Numbered from the stretch's first letter, positions 9,755-20,231 are shown. The stretch: DNA of 64,000 nucleotides from an uncultured Pelagibacteraceae bacterium (GCA_902524995.1 CABZFJ010000004.1:7560-71559); one strand, 5' to 3'. Numbers and translations are program-made. The notes: generated by a model from the sequence alone, not told the origin.

Positions 9755-9783
9755 GCAAGACTGGTTTTTTTTAAGGGGGAATT

Positions 9784-11058
9784 ATGTCAGCCGAGAATAT
9801 CTCGTTCGAGTTGCAAAGATTTGCAGGTATTAAAAGAGATTATACACCAGAAGAAGTGGAAAGATTAAGAGGATCAATAAAAATAGAATATTCAATGTGT
9901 AAACAACAATCCCAGAAGTTATGGAGATTATTAAATACCGAGCCTTATATAAATACCCTTGGCTCATTGTCGGGAAATCAAGCTGTGCAACATGCAAAAG
10001 CAGGTTTGAATGCTATTTATCTAAGTGGATGGCAAGTAGCCGCTGATGCAAATAGTGCTGGCGAAATGTATCCCGATCAATCTCTTTATCCTTATGACAG
10101 TGCACCAAAATTAGTTGAGTCGATGAATAATTCTTTGATAAGAGCTGATCAAATACAGCACATGGAAATTGCCGATGGGGATATGAAAACTACTGAAAGA
10201 ACTGATTATATGTTGCCAATTATAGCAGATGGTGAAGCAGGATTTGGTGGACCTTTAAATGTTTTTGAATTAACAAAAAAATTTATTAAAGCTGGTGCAG
10301 CTGGTGTTCATTTTGAAGACCAATTAGCTAGTGAAAAAAAATGTGGACACATGGGTGGTAAAGTTCTTGTACCAACCGGAACAATGGTCCGAAATCTAAA
10401 AGCAGCAAGATTGGCAGCTGATATCGCTGACGTTCCTCTCATCATACTTGCAAGAACAGATGCCAATGCTGCAAAATTAATAACAAATGATTTTGATGAA
10501 AATGATAAACCATTTCTAACTGGTGAAAGATCGCCCGAAGGTTTTTATTACGTAAAAGATGGTATTGATCAAGCAATATCAAGAGGCTTAGCATATGCAC
10601 CTTATGCTGACTTAATATGGTGTGAAACTGCAACACCTAATTTAGAAGAAGCAAAAAAGTTTGCCGATGCAATACATTCTAAATTTCCAGGTAAAATGTT
10701 AGCTTATAATTGTTCACCTTCATTTAATTGGAAGAAACATTTGTCAGATGACGAAATTGCAACATTCCAAACCAAAATTGGAATGATGGGTTATAAATTC
10801 CAATTTATAACTTTAGCAGGATTTCATACTCAAAATATTGCAATATTTGAACTTGCTGAAAAATATAAAAAAGAAGGTATGACTGCTTACTCAAGGATAC
10901 AAGAAAATGAGTTTGCACGGGAGAAAGATGGATACACAAGTGTTAAGCACCAAAGAGAAGTTGGAACATCTTATTTCGATGCAGTTTCTAATACTATAAG
11001 TTCTGGCAAAAGCTCCACAACAGCAATGGAAGGTTCAACAGAGTCTGAGCAATTCTAG
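9784..11058 (+). CDS. aceA: Isocitrate lyase
   Basis: [33 protein letters not shown], terminal STESEQF. Confidence 0.97.
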   Translation: MSAENISFELQRFAGIKRDYTPEEVERLRGSIKIEYSMCKQQSQKLWRLLNTEPYINTLGSLSGNQAVQHAKAGLNAIYLSGWQVAADANSAGEMYPDQSLYPYDSAPKLVESMNNSLIRADQIQHMEIADGDMKTTERTDYMLPIIADGEAGFGGPLNVFELTKKFIKAGAAGVHFEDQLASEKKCGHMGGKVLVPTGTMVRNLKAARLAADIADVPLIILARTDANAAKLITNDFDENDKPFLTGERSPEGFYYVKDGIDQAISRGLAYAPYADLIWCETATPNLEEAKKFADAIHSKFPGKMLAYNCSPSFNWKKHLSDDEIATFQTKIGMMGYKFQFITLAGFHTQNIAIFELAEKYKKEGMTAYSRIQENEFAREKDGYTSVKHQREVGTSYFDAVSNTISSGKSSTTAMEGSTESEQF

Positions 11059-11774
11059 TTATTCTTTAATTTTTGAATTTGATCCCAAGCATAATTAATT
11101 GCTCTCATTTTATTTTTACTTTCTTCAATTACTTCTTTAGGCACTCCTTTGCTTAAAAGTAAATCTGGATGATGCTCTTTACTCAATTTTAGATATTTTT
11201 TTCTTATATCTCCAAGATTATCATCTGGCTTACTCTCTAATACTACATATGGATTGAGTTTATCTGATGATTTTCTTCCTTCTACAATACCATTGAACTG
11301 CATATCATTAAGTCCAAATATTTGAGACACATGTTGTATCATTTTATATTCTTGATCACTGACATTCCCATCTGCCTCTGCAATGTAAAATAATATATTA
11401 ATGACTTCTTCTAATACATTTATATTTCCTTTGTAAATCTCAGAAATCTGTTGAGCATACTGTTCATATCCTGTACTTTCTTCTTTAGCTTTGTTAAAAA
11501 TTTTACCTACTTGATCTAATTCATGTTCAGGAATTTTTAGCTTATCTTTAACTGCTACCAACTCCTCTTTGCTCACTTGACCATCTGCTTTACTAAGCTT
11601 TGCTGATAAAACGATAAGAGCTAACGCAAAAATTTGTTGAGGTTGCGCAAATGATTTGAAAGATCTTCTTGATCTTGAGACTTTTCCTCCTATTAGAGAA
11701 CCCAATAACATTCCAAAAGGTCCTCCTAAAGAAAAACCAATCATTCCACCAACTAAACTTCCCCAGATAGACAT
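11055..11774 (-). CDS. djlA: DjlA-like co-chaperone (TerB-like plus DnaJ domain)
   Basis: Gly-rich N-terminal TM segment, [16 protein letters not shown]-domain. Confidence 0.82.
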   Translation of the reverse strand: MSIWGSLVGGMIGFSLGGPFGMLLGSLIGGKVSRSRRSFKSFAQPQQIFALALIVLSAKLSKADGQVSKEELVAVKDKLKIPEHELDQVGKIFNKAKEESTGYEQYAQQISEIYKGNINVLEEVINILFYIAEADGNVSDQEYKMIQHVSQIFGLNDMQFNGIVEGRKSSDKLNPYVVLESKPDDNLGDIRKKYLKLSKEHHPDLLLSKGVPKEVIEESKNKMRAINYAWDQIQKLKNN

Positions 11775-11806
11775 ATAAAAAAAATTTAATATAATTTATA
11801 ATTATT

Positions 11807-12100
11807 ATGTTCTCAACATTTTTAGTTTTAACTATTTTATTTTTAATTTTTATGTGGTCGTTAGCATGGATAAATTATTACAATAAGCTAGACAAAAGAT
11901 TTGGCTCTTCCCTGTGGAGATGGAGCTACGATTATCCAGTGTCGGGTAATAGAGATATATCATTTTTAGATGATAAAAAATTTGTAATTTTAAGAAGAAA
12001 AAGAAACAGAGCTGTTACAGTTATGTATTTTATTTTATTTTTTTCGTTTTTTATATTTTTATCATTTTTAACTCAGATTTTATATGCTATTCAAAATTAA
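11807..12100 (+). CDS. Hypothetical two-TM membrane protein
   Basis: 97-aa ORF with two hydrophobic segments filling the gap. Confidence 0.65.
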   Translation: MFSTFLVLTILFLIFMWSLAWINYYNKLDKRFGSSLWRWSYDYPVSGNRDISFLDDKKFVILRRKRNRAVTVMYFILFFSFFIFLSFLTQILYAIQN

Positions 12101-12441
12101 TTTAATTGATGTCTATTTTTTAAATATAAAAAAAATGCTACAATTTCATATCCAACGTAAAATAATTGATAAATTACTGGCAGTTTAAAAAATTTGTAAA
12201 GTAGTCTAAATTTCGGAATATTTTTCCAAATTAATAAGAAAGCATCAATACCAACATAGATTACTCCATCCTGCTCTACATGTAGTCTTCTAAGGAGTTC
12301 TTTGTCTGTTTTATTTGTCTCCAATTCAGCTTCTTTATTTTTAGTAATGTCTATCCAATTTAAATTCTCTATTTTTTCTTTTTTATATATATTGATTTCT
12401 GCTCTGCATATTTTGCAAGAATTATTAAAAAAAACCTTCAT
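12097..12441 (-). CDS. DUF393/DCC-family thiol-disulfide oxidoreductase
   Basis: FNNSCKIC (DxxCxxC-like), GIDAFLLIW. Confidence 0.8.
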   Translation of the reverse strand: MKVFFNNSCKICRAEINIYKKEKIENLNWIDITKNKEAELETNKTDKELLRRLHVEQDGVIYVGIDAFLLIWKNIPKFRLLYKFFKLPVIYQLFYVGYEIVAFFLYLKNRHQLN

Positions 12442-12492
12442 AAGTTAAGTATATTTTAATATTTTTTTTTTACAAATGTGCCAAATAAGCTG

Positions 12493-12520
12493 TTGATATA
12501 TTATTAATCACTACTACATT
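12493..12520 (+). promoter_or_regulatory. Sigma70-like promoter giving a probably leaderless tldD mRNA
   Basis: TTGATA-16-TACATT, 6 nt before ATG, no SD. Confidence 0.45.
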
Positions 12521-12526
12521 CTTTGT

Positions 12527-13939
12527 ATGTCTAATTTCTTTAAAAACTCTGATATAGACGCTTCTCAAGCTGAAGCAATAGTGACTGAAACACTAAAAAA
12601 TTGTGATGATGGTGAATTATATCTTGAAAATCATAAATCAGAGTCGATAATTTTGGATGATAATAAAATAAAAAGTTCAACTTATAATTCAGACCAAGGT
12701 TATGGTTTTAGAGCTGTCACGGGTGAAGTAGTTGCATATTCTCATTCGAATGATATTTCTAAAGAGTCATTGAAAAAATCTAGTGATAATTTAAAAGATA
12801 CACTCAAATCGAAAAAGGGTACCTATAATCATGAAATTCCGAAAACAAATAGCAAATATTACGAAAATATAAATCCTATAGAAAATAAGACTTTTAACTC
12901 TAAAATAGACTTATTAAATAATGTTAATAATTATTTGAGATCGAAAGGATCAATTGTAAATCAAGTTACAGCAAATTTTTTAGGAGAGCATAAATCAGTA
13001 GAGATTATTAGATCAGATAATCAAGTTTTAAAAGATGACAGGCCACTAGTCAGATTTAATGTATCTGTTGTTCTGGAAAAAGATGGAAAAAAAGAAACTG
13101 GTGTCTATGGAGTAGGAGGAAGACAAAGTTATGATGACTATCTAAAAGATGAAAGCTGGAAAAATATTTGTGATGAAGCATTTAGAATAGCTGCTGTTAA
13201 CTTAGAGAGTAAACCAGCACCAGCAGGGGAAATGAAAGTTGTTTTAGGTCCTGGATGGCCAGCGATTTTAATCCATGAAGCAATTGGACATGGTCTTGAA
13301 GGAGATTTTAATAGAAAAAAAACTTCTGCATTTCATAATTTAATGGGACAGCAGGTAGCCAGTGAAGGTGTCACAATAGTAGATGATGGCACTTTGCATC
13401 AAAGAAGAGGTAGCCTTACTATTGATGATGAAGGTACACCAACAGAAAACACTGTTCTAATAGAAAATGGAATATTAAAAAATTATATGCAAGATCGTTT
13501 GAATGCTCGATTAATGGGAACCAAATCAACCGGTAGTGGGCGAAGAGAAAGTTACAAGCATGTAGTGTTACCAAGGATGAGAAATACAATGATGCTATCA
13601 GGAAAATATTCGCAAGATGAGATGATTAGCTCAGTTGATAAAGGAATTTTTGCAGTAAGTTTTGGAGGTGGACAGGTAGATATTACATCTGGTAAATTTG
13701 TATTTAATTGTACGGAAGCTTATGAAATAACTAATGGCAAAATTGGCTCACCAATAAAAGGTGCAACACTTATCGGAGATGGCCCATCAATATTAAAAGA
13801 AGTTTCATTGGTAGGCAATGACATGAAATTAGACCCAGGCATAGGAACATGTGGTAAAGCAGGACAAGGAGTTCCAGTTGGAGTGGCTCAACCATCGATT
13901 CTTATAAATAAAATGACTGTGGGTGGTACAAAACTTTAA
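12527..13939 (+). CDS. tldD: Metalloprotease TldD
   Basis: HEAIGHGLEGDFNRK, PRMRNT, GTCGKAGQGVPVG. Confidence 0.95.
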   Translation: MSNFFKNSDIDASQAEAIVTETLKNCDDGELYLENHKSESIILDDNKIKSSTYNSDQGYGFRAVTGEVVAYSHSNDISKESLKKSSDNLKDTLKSKKGTYNHEIPKTNSKYYENINPIENKTFNSKIDLLNNVNNYLRSKGSIVNQVTANFLGEHKSVEIIRSDNQVLKDDRPLVRFNVSVVLEKDGKKETGVYGVGGRQSYDDYLKDESWKNICDEAFRIAAVNLESKPAPAGEMKVVLGPGWPAILIHEAIGHGLEGDFNRKKTSAFHNLMGQQVASEGVTIVDDGTLHQRRGSLTIDDEGTPTENTVLIENGILKNYMQDRLNARLMGTKSTGSGRRESYKHVVLPRMRNTMMLSGKYSQDEMISSVDKGIFAVSFGGGQVDITSGKFVFNCTEAYEITNGKIGSPIKGATLIGDGPSILKEVSLVGNDMKLDPGIGTCGKAGQGVPVGVAQPSILINKMTVGGTKL

Positions 13940-13945
13940 TTTCTA

Positions 13946-15262
13946 ATGATCAAAGAACAGGATTTTTTAAAAGATATTGCTTCTTATTGTATTGAAAACT
14001 CGAAAAAATTAGGTGCAACAGAAGTTGGTGTAAAGGTAATACATTCTGTATCTGAAAATGTTAGTTTTAGAAATAAAAAATTAGATGAATCGAATAGATC
14101 AGATAGTTTTGCCCTCAATTTAACGACTTACATTGACAAAAAAAAGTCAAGTATAAACTCCTCAGATCTATCTAAATCAAATTTAGAAAAACTTATAGAA
14201 CGTTGTATTGATGCTACAAAAATTACGCCCGTAGATGAAAATAATTCATTGCCTGACAAAGATTTAATGTCAAAAAAAATGGAGGATCTTCAACTATATG
14301 ATGAAACACATTACCCAAATGATAAAAAAATTGAATTTTTAGAACATGTTGAAGATGCTGCGTCATTAGATGATAAAATAGTAAATACAGAGTCTGGCTT
14401 CACAGAAAACAAAAATAATTTTATACTCGCTAATAGTAATGGGTTTCAAAATGGTTATAAGACCTCAAATTTTTCATCCTCTTGTGTAGCAGTATCTAGA
14501 ATTAATGGCACAATGGAAAGAGACTACGAATTTGGAAGTAAGAGGTTTTTAAATGACATGTTAAAGCCAGATGAAATTGGAAAAATAGCAGCTGAAAAAG
14601 CAATAAATAAACTTGGCCCCAAAAAAATTGATAGTGAAAAAATAGGAGTTATTTTTGATAAAAGAATTTCTAAAGGAATACTAAGTACTCTCGCTAGTGC
14701 AGTTAGTGCAAGCGCTATATCTAGGGGGACTTCATTTTTAAAAGATAAAATAGATAATGAAATTTTTCCAAGCTCAATTAACATCATAGATGACCCAAAA
14801 ATACAAAAAGGTATAGGATCACAAAACTTTGATAGTGAAGGTGTAGAAAATAATTCTTTAAAATTAGTGGAAAATGGTATTTTAAAAAATTATTTAATAG
14901 ATACCTATTATGGAAAAAAACTTAACTTAAAATCTAATGGTAGATCTGGTGGTACTACAAACCTGTATTTTGAAAATGGAAATCTAAGTTTTAAAGAATT
15001 ACTTAATTTAGAAAAAAAATTTCTTTATATTACTGAAACCATAGGTCATGGAGGCAATATTATAACTGGAGATTACTCAGTAGGTGCATCAGGTTTTATG
15101 GTAGAAAATGGAGAATTAACTTATCCAGTAAGCGAAATCACAATTGCTGGCAATTTTAAAGAAATGTTTAAAAACTTAATCTTAGCAAATGATTTAGAAA
15201 TGAAATACTCTACAAATGCACCAACATTACTAATTAATGAAATGACAGTAGCTGGTAAATAA
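13946..15262 (+). CDS. pmbA: TldE/PmbA protein
   Basis: MERDY, FDSEGV, TGDYSVGASG, EITIAGN; follows tldD. Confidence 0.92.
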   Translation: MIKEQDFLKDIASYCIENSKKLGATEVGVKVIHSVSENVSFRNKKLDESNRSDSFALNLTTYIDKKKSSINSSDLSKSNLEKLIERCIDATKITPVDENNSLPDKDLMSKKMEDLQLYDETHYPNDKKIEFLEHVEDAASLDDKIVNTESGFTENKNNFILANSNGFQNGYKTSNFSSSCVAVSRINGTMERDYEFGSKRFLNDMLKPDEIGKIAAEKAINKLGPKKIDSEKIGVIFDKRISKGILSTLASAVSASAISRGTSFLKDKIDNEIFPSSINIIDDPKIQKGIGSQNFDSEGVENNSLKLVENGILKNYLIDTYYGKKLNLKSNGRSGGTTNLYFENGNLSFKELLNLEKKFLYITETIGHGGNIITGDYSVGASGFMVENGELTYPVSEITIAGNFKEMFKNLILANDLEMKYSTNAPTLLINEMTVAGK

Positions 15263-15940
15263 TTATTGAACAGTTTTTAGTCTATATTCCCAAAGTCCTA
15301 ATCTTTTATAAGCAACTTTTACAATTAAAGCTATTTTTTTATCATACCATATTTCAAAATTTAATTTTTTATCATCAGGTAGATTAGAGTTAGTTGAAAA
15401 TAGTCTAAAATGTTCAACTTCATACTCTTTCTCATAGAGTTTTATTTTTTTCTTTCCTAAAAATTCTATATTTTGTTTTTTTACACTTCCAGATAATGGA
15501 CTTATTTGTGTTTCAGTTTGTAAAAGTCTGTGGTTCCACCAATTGCCTACTATATTTTCTTTACTAGCCTCACCTTGAAATGATGATCCATCTATAATAA
15601 ATTTATCTTTTTTTTTATCAAATATTAGATTTACAAATTTTTTTTTATCGTTCTGGAAAGTTTCAGAATTAAATGAAATCAGTTGATCGCCAATATATTC
15701 CTCTGTACCTTTGCTATTTACAGAAAAAATAGTGACACCTAATAACTTTACGCTGAAGTTAGTCTTATTTTTTACAATAAATTTATTTTTTTCTTTTTTA
15801 AAAAAAAAAATACTTTCACCAATTTTCTCATTATCCTTAAAAATTTCCATTTCTATTTTATTATAATTTTTATAATGGTCCGTATGAGCCTGAAGGAAGA
15901 GTGTAGACAAAACCAATACAAAAAACGAAAACTTTCTCAT
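15263..15940 (-). CDS. Secreted hypothetical protein (DUF6134-like beta-rich fold)
   Basis: Signal peptide; GNWWN and EIWYD motifs; family assignment from recall only. Confidence 0.65.
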   Translation of the reverse strand: MRKFSFFVLVLSTLFLQAHTDHYKNYNKIEMEIFKDNEKIGESIFFFKKEKNKFIVKNKTNFSVKLLGVTIFSVNSKGTEEYIGDQLISFNSETFQNDKKKFVNLIFDKKKDKFIIDGSSFQGEASKENIVGNWWNHRLLQTETQISPLSGSVKKQNIEFLGKKKIKLYEKEYEVEHFRLFSTNSNLPDDKKLNFEIWYDKKIALIVKVAYKRLGLWEYRLKTVQ

Positions 15941-16019
15941 TATTACAAATTATTTTAACTAACTTTCTGGAACTTTATATAGAATTTTTATGTTTAAAAG
16001 ATAAATACTCTAAAGAAAC

Positions 16020-16667
16020 ATGTTTTTAACTATAAAAAATATTCCATCTAAATCTTGGAGTTCAGAAGAACCGTTAAATCTTAAACCTAAATTTATGACT
16101 TTCTTGCTTTTATGTATTGGTCTTTCATTGTTTGGATTGGGAGAGGGCCTTTTACTTGTATCAACAACTGGAAATTCTCCATGGTCAGTTCTCGCTGAAG
16201 GTTTGTCAAATATGTTAAATATCTCTATTGGTTTATCGACATTAATTATCAGTATTATTGTGCTAGGTTTATGGTTTCCACTAAAGCAAAAACCAGGAAT
16301 AGGCACAATTTTAAATATCCTGATTATAGCTGCTATAATTGATTTAACTTTATTTCTTTTCGACCCGCCTGGCACTTTGTTTTCAAAATATATCCTTGCA
16401 ATATTTTCTGTTTTACTTGTTGGTTTAGGAAGTGGAATTTATTTAATTGCAAACTTGGGCCCAGGTCCCAGAGATGGGTTAATGACAGGTCTGATAAAAA
16501 AAACTCAATTTCCAATTGCTTTAATCCGTGGAACACTGGAAATTTCAGCTGTTATATCCGGATGGTACTTGGGAGGTACAGTTGGTTTTGGTACTTTAAT
16601 ATTCGCTTTTGGAATAGGTCCAGCAGTAGCTTTAGGAATTTATATTGTTGATAAAGCAACGAAATAA
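16020..16667 (+). CDS. YczE/YyaS/YitT-family membrane protein
   Basis: GNSPWSVLAEG, PGIGTILN, GPGPRDGLM, GGTVGFGT. Confidence 0.88.
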   Translation: MFLTIKNIPSKSWSSEEPLNLKPKFMTFLLLCIGLSLFGLGEGLLLVSTTGNSPWSVLAEGLSNMLNISIGLSTLIISIIVLGLWFPLKQKPGIGTILNILIIAAIIDLTLFLFDPPGTLFSKYILAIFSVLLVGLGSGIYLIANLGPGPRDGLMTGLIKKTQFPIALIRGTLEISAVISGWYLGGTVGFGTLIFAFGIGPAVALGIYIVDKATK

Positions 16668-16725
16668 ATATTTTAAAGGACAATTAACTGATTGTTTTAT
16701 TAAATAAAAATTGTAAATATAAAAC

Positions 16726-17181
16726 ATGTCTATAAAAAATTGGATGAAAGAATCTGCAAATATTTTATTTGATGATAGTAAAAATGACTTAAGAGCCCTT
16801 CCTAAAACAATACGATTACAAATATTGTTAGTTTTAAGTTTTATATGGACTACTGTATTTAGTTTATATGTGTTTTCTTATGCCACTTTTGCATTTGGAT
16901 GGGCAGGAACTTATGTAGCTCACATAGGATTAATTTTTGCAGTTTATTATACATTTAAACAGTTTCATAGAGCAGAAGCAAAAGCAGCAAGTGTTTTTAA
17001 AACGAAAAATTTTGATCCATTTAAAGTAATGACGATTGTATTTGTAATAGTTTTTATTTTTGTTTTCTCCAAAGGTATTGAGGTATTAACAAGAACAAAT
17101 TCATATTCAATTCCGTATGATGGACCCAGCAAATCTGCTTTTGAGAAATGGCTTCCATTTACAAAGGGAACCGAAAATTAA
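16726..17181 (+). CDS. Hypothetical membrane protein (about 3 TM)
   Basis: 151-aa ORF with hydrophobic helices. Confidence 0.7.
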   Translation: MSIKNWMKESANILFDDSKNDLRALPKTIRLQILLVLSFIWTTVFSLYVFSYATFAFGWAGTYVAHIGLIFAVYYTFKQFHRAEAKAASVFKTKNFDPFKVMTIVFVIVFIFVFSKGIEVLTRTNSYSIPYDGPSKSAFEKWLPFTKGTEN

Positions 17182-17194
17182 TTTAAAAAAAATA

Positions 17195-19009
17195 TTATAT
17201 TTTTGCTAATCTTTTTCTTTCATGAGGGTCTAGTATCGCCTTTCTTAATCTGCATGAATTTGGAGTAATCTCTAGTGCTTCATCTGTATTAAGTATACTC
17301 AATTGTTCTGCGATAGACATTTTTCTTACAGGGGTAAGCACAACATTCTCATCTGTACCTTGGGTTCTCATATTGGTTAATTTTTTTCCTTTCAAAACAT
17401 TAATTATCATATCGCCTGGTTTAGGTGATAAGCCAACTATCATACCTGAATAAACTGGATCATTATGTGTTACGAACATCTCTCCTCTGGCTTGTAGGTT
17501 AAATATTGCAAAAGCAACTGCTTTACCTTGTTCCATTGCAATTAAAGCACCATTTCTTCTACCTTCCATTTCACCTTCAAACTTTCCATAAGAATTAAAT
17601 ATCCTATTTATAACACCTGTTCCTTTTGTTAGTGTAAGAAATCTACTTGTGTATCCCATTAAACCTCTTGTTGGGGCGTGAAAAATTAATCGTTTTTTAT
17701 TTTTACCTGTATCTTTAAGATCAATTAGCTTACCTTTTCTCCTATTCATAGAATCTATTACTTTAGAGGAAAATTCTTCATCAAGATCTATCGTAATTTC
17801 TTCAATGGGCTCTAATTTTTCCCCACTGTCACTATTTTGATATAATACTTTTGGTGGACTTACAGTCATCTCAAAACCTTCTCTTCTCATCTGAGTTAAT
17901 AATATCTCTAGCATTAACTCACCCCTCCCACTGATTTCGAATGCATCTTTATTTTCATTTTCTGCAAAAGATATTCCAACATTATTTTGTGCTTCTTGAA
18001 TTAATCTCTCTCTAATTTGAGTACTTGTTAATTTCTTACCTTCAGTACCAGCTAGCGGAGAGCTATTAACTGTAATTTTGATTGACATCGTAGGAGGATC
18101 AATTGGCGTTGCTGTTATAGGCTCATTTATTTGGATATCACAAATTGTGTCTGCAACATTTGCTTTTTCTAGACCTGCTATTACCACAATGTCACCTGCT
18201 TCACCAATCTCTATTGGTACTTTTTTTGTACCTTCATACCTAAAAATTTTAGTAAGTCTTCCTTCATCAACCTTTTCTCCCCTGAGATTTATAGCTTTTA
18301 TTTGTTGATTAGCTTTTGCTGTTCCTTGAGATATTCTTCCAACTAGACTTCTTCCTAAAAAACTATCTGCATAAAGTAGTGTTGAAAGCATTGCAAAAGG
18401 TTTAGTTTTATCCATTAAAGCTGGTTCAACATGCTCTATTACTAAATCAAGTAAAGGGTTTAAATTTTCTCTTGGTCCTTCAATTTCGGTACTTGCCCAC
18501 CCGGATCTACCACTGGCATAAATTACTGGAAAGTCCAATTGTTCTTCATTTGCATCTAAACTCACAAATAAATCAAAAGTTTCATCCAAAACTTCATCTG
18601 CTCTTTGATCTGATTTATCTAATTTGTTAATTACCACAATAGGTTTTAGACCTTGTTTCAAAGCTTTCGCCAATACAAATTTAGTTTGTGGCATCACTCC
18701 TTCAGCTGAGTCAATTAATAGTAAAGCTCCGTCTGCCATGCTTAGAACTCTCTCAACTTCAGCAGCAAAGTCTCTGTGTCCTGGCGTATCGATAATATTT
18801 ATCCTGGAGTTTTTCCAATTTATTGAAGCTGGTTTTGCAAGAATAGTAATGCCTCTTTCTTTTTCTAATTCACCAGAGTCCATCAATCTTTCATCAATAA
18901 TCTCATTTTCCCTAAAGGACCCACTTTGTTTCATTAGATTATCGATTAATGTAGTTTTACCATGATCAACATGGGCTATTATGGTGATGTTTCTTATCGA
19001 AGATGTCAT
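17195..19009 (-). CDS. typA: Translational GTPase TypA/BipA
   Basis: AHVDHGKTT, ERGITI, DTPGH, NKLD, GRGEL, KKLTNMR; start moved to ATG 19009 (MTSSIRN). Confidence 0.96.
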   Translation of the reverse strand: MTSSIRNITIIAHVDHGKTTLIDNLMKQSGSFRENEIIDERLMDSGELEKERGITILAKPASINWKNSRINIIDTPGHRDFAAEVERVLSMADGALLLIDSAEGVMPQTKFVLAKALKQGLKPIVVINKLDKSDQRADEVLDETFDLFVSLDANEEQLDFPVIYASGRSGWASTEIEGPRENLNPLLDLVIEHVEPALMDKTKPFAMLSTLLYADSFLGRSLVGRISQGTAKANQQIKAINLRGEKVDEGRLTKIFRYEGTKKVPIEIGEAGDIVVIAGLEKANVADTICDIQINEPITATPIDPPTMSIKITVNSSPLAGTEGKKLTSTQIRERLIQEAQNNVGISFAENENKDAFEISGRGELMLEILLTQMRREGFEMTVSPPKVLYQNSDSGEKLEPIEEITIDLDEEFSSKVIDSMNRRKGKLIDLKDTGKNKKRLIFHAPTRGLMGYTSRFLTLTKGTGVINRIFNSYGKFEGEMEGRRNGALIAMEQGKAVAFAIFNLQARGEMFVTHNDPVYSGMIVGLSPKPGDMIINVLKGKKLTNMRTQGTDENVVLTPVRKMSIAEQLSILNTDEALEITPNSCRLRKAILDPHERKRLAKI

Positions 19010-19049
19010 TTGCGCGTCGTTATATCTTAAAAATCTAAATATCAAACAT

Positions 19050-19079
19050 AAAAAAAAACCCCCGATTAACGGAGGTTTT
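19050..19079 (-). terminator. Intrinsic terminator (probably the displaced original groEL terminator)
   Basis: Minus strand AAAACCTCCG-ttaat-CGGGGG followed by a T run; no minus-strand gene directly upstream of it. Confidence 0.8.
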
Positions 19080-19153
19080 AAATTTTCTTTGTTTATAAGA
19101 TTGAAAGGGTATTACATTCGCATTCCTAGTACGCCAATACTCACTTATTTAAG

Positions 19154-19177
19154 AAGTTCATTGCAAAGTTCATTGCA
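19154..19177. repeat. Perfect tandem 12-bp repeat AAGTTCATTGCA x2
   Basis: Read directly; lies about 30 bp inside the left islet boundary. Confidence 0.9.
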
Positions 19178-19248
19178 GAATCGCCCCAAATAGAAAGCAA
19201 ACAGAAAGATGACTTCATTGATAAGTGGGGTTACATTAAAGATATTAA

Positions 19249-19650
19249 ATGATTAACAGTGGTTATATTAATTGTATAAGAGAGATAAAAAGCAAAGATA
19301 AAATACTACAAATTCAGATTAAAATATTAAAAAAAGATATTTCTAATCTTCAAAAAGAGTTGATAAAAAGTCAAATTGATAAGTTAGAAAAAATTTATCC
19401 ACATACATTTGTAAAAGAGTTTAGGTTGTATTTAAAGTCACATGAAATTCCTTTTATAACCAAGTTACCTTTTAAAGAATTTGAGGGTTATATAGTTATG
19501 TGTTTTGACCCCAATAATAATGTAGAAAATTATTATGAAGATGGCGAGGGGGAAAAACACAAATTAACCGATGAGATACTTGATAGACAGATATATGATG
19601 GGACTTCAAAAAAGAGAGAAACAAAACCTTTGTTAAGAATTATTGAATGA
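19249..19650 (+). CDS. Hypothetical protein (islet cargo 1)
   Basis: 133-aa ORF, ATGA-coupled to the next gene; no motif recognised. Confidence 0.65.
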   Translation: MINSGYINCIREIKSKDKILQIQIKILKKDISNLQKELIKSQIDKLEKIYPHTFVKEFRLYLKSHEIPFITKLPFKEFEGYIVMCFDPNNNVENYYEDGEGEKHKLTDEILDRQIYDGTSKKRETKPLLRIIE

Positions 19651-20231
19651 ACAAAAAGATAAATCAAAAAAAATATCTAGAAGCATTAAACTTTGTGTTT
19701 AAACTTCATTCAAAACAGTTCAGAAAAGGAACTAAAATTCCCTATTTTTTTCACTTATCCGCAGTAAGCAATCATGTCATTGAAAATAGTGGAGATACTG
19801 ATGAAGCAATAGCAGGTCTTTTACATGATGCAGTAGAAGATCAAGGAGGTGAAAAAACACTTAAATTGATTAAAAAGAAATTTGGAAATAAAGTTGCAAA
19901 AATAGTTGAAGATTGCACTGATACAAAAGTAACTCCAAAACCACCATGGTTTGAAAGAAAAAAACAATACATTTTAGATTTAAGAAAAAAACCTCAATCA
20001 TCATTATTGGTTTCTATATGTGATAAAACTCATAATGCTTCATGTATTATTAATGATTATCATCGTGAAGGTAAAAAGTTATGGACTAGATTTACTGCTA
20101 ATCCTAAACAAATTTGTTGGTATTATGAAAGTCTAGGAAAGTGTTACTATAAACATCTTAAAAGTCATAAAGTTTTAAAACAAAACTTCAAAAAACTAGT
20201 TTCAGAAATGAAAAAAATTGTAAAAAAATAA
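19647..20231 (+). CDS. Stand-alone RelA/SpoT-type HD hydrolase (small alarmone hydrolase/Mesh1-like)
   Basis: H..QFRKG...PYFFH, AGLLHDAVED, CTD, DKTHN motifs. Confidence 0.85.
   Translation: MNKKINQKKYLEALNFVFKLHSKQFRKGTKIPYFFHLSAVSNHVIENSGDTDEAIAGLLHDAVEDQGGEKTLKLIKKKFGNKVAKIVEDCTDTKVTPKPPWFERKKQYILDLRKKPQSSLLVSICDKTHNASCIINDYHREGKKLWTRFTANPKQICWYYESLGKCYYKHLKSHKVLKQNFKKLVSEMKKIVKK

Noticed and set aside
16010-16536. Minus-strand ORFs of 121 and 67 aa
   Set aside because: Antisense to a clear YczE-family gene
18981-19193. 70-aa plus-strand ORF
   Set aside because: Runs across the typA start, a terminator and the tandem repeats; not protein-like
19154-19222. Repeats considered as a CRISPR array or integron attC
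   Set aside because: Units are 12 bp with no spacers, no cas genes, and no RYYYAAC/GTTRRRY inverted structure
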